From Marsupella aquatica (taxonomy: Eukaryota > Plantae > Marchantiophyta), in the NCBI GenBank assembly GCA_973895155.1, contig OZ316892.1:14376861-14440860 (forward strand): 64,000 nucleotides of DNA, written 5' to 3'. The notes beneath the pieces were generated by a model. The model searched no databases. It was not told where the DNA came from and saw nothing but the letters and a program-made list of their open reading frames with translations. Positions 63,324 to 64,000 of the stretch are shown piece by piece. Within the stretch, counting starts at the first letter, position 1; the number at the start of each line of letters is the position of its first letter. Made by a program: the position numbers and the translations under genes.

Positions 63324-64000
63324 GTAAGGGACTGGAGGATTGTAGAGCTGACGCTTACAGACCCGGTACAGTCAGTTCCAGAATATAGCACATAAGCGGC
63401 AACTCGGACGTTAGAGATAGCGTAGACTTTTATTCATCCAAGAGTGAATAACGTTTACTGAAATTGTGTAGATCATCGATGTGGGAACTTGTAAATTTGG
63501 ATCGGTCCGGTGACTGTGCTGAGTTATCCTGGGTTCGCAACTTCTCTTTTAATAACTTTTTTAACTCTTTGTTGTGGGATTTTATGCAAGGGTCTACGAA
63601 TGAATGGGTTCCAGTAAGAATTTTTCACGTCCACGGGAATTGCCAAAAGGCAACATCGGTCTGTTAATTGGCGCTCCACAGGACCTTTACTCCCTAGTTT
63701 TGTACGTGAATAAGCTTGCTTGACGCTACAGAGATGGAAAATCCCAATAAGCCCAACCTTTTGGCAATTCCCGGAGAACTCGGATAGACCTGGATGTCTC
63801 CTCTCGCAAGACGGTGTAAAGGTGCATCCAGGTTTACACCTCTTCGACTCCCGAGATAACACGTCAATTGGCTAGTTTCGATGTAAAGAAGCTTGCGTGA
63901 AAGTGAACCAGGTTGAAGACCAGTAACTCAAATCACACTTTTCATGCTGTGTGATTTGTCCTCCAAATATCAATATCTTGGGTGAGCTCCAAAGGCTTTT

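Overview
Eukaryotic, intron-rich land-plant DNA (bryophyte-like by inference), not prokaryotic. Host genes: a probable plastid-targeted tail-anchored protein (+, ~7.8-9.3 kb), a predicted N-acylated tandem pseudo-GTPase/AIG1-type GTPase split by one -1 frameshift (-, 12.4-14.0 kb), COX19 (intronless CDS, apparently lodged inside a decayed NB-ARC-LRR gene), a DCD-Kelch gene, a 10-exon DCN1 gene and a small C2H2/4F5-type (At2g23090-like) gene. These are interspersed with Ty3-type LTR debris and tandem repeats. The main highlight is a complete 5.78-kb pogo-type DNA transposon (49332-55112; 41-bp TIRs, TA duplication). Its spliced transposase ends in an OTU-like pseudo-deubiquitinase domain. On the opposite strand it carries an NAA30/MAK3 acetyltransferase exon and an intact ORF for a DNA polymerase lambda-like BRCT domain with a C-terminal NLS. 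All family calls come from motif recognition by eye; no searches were run.
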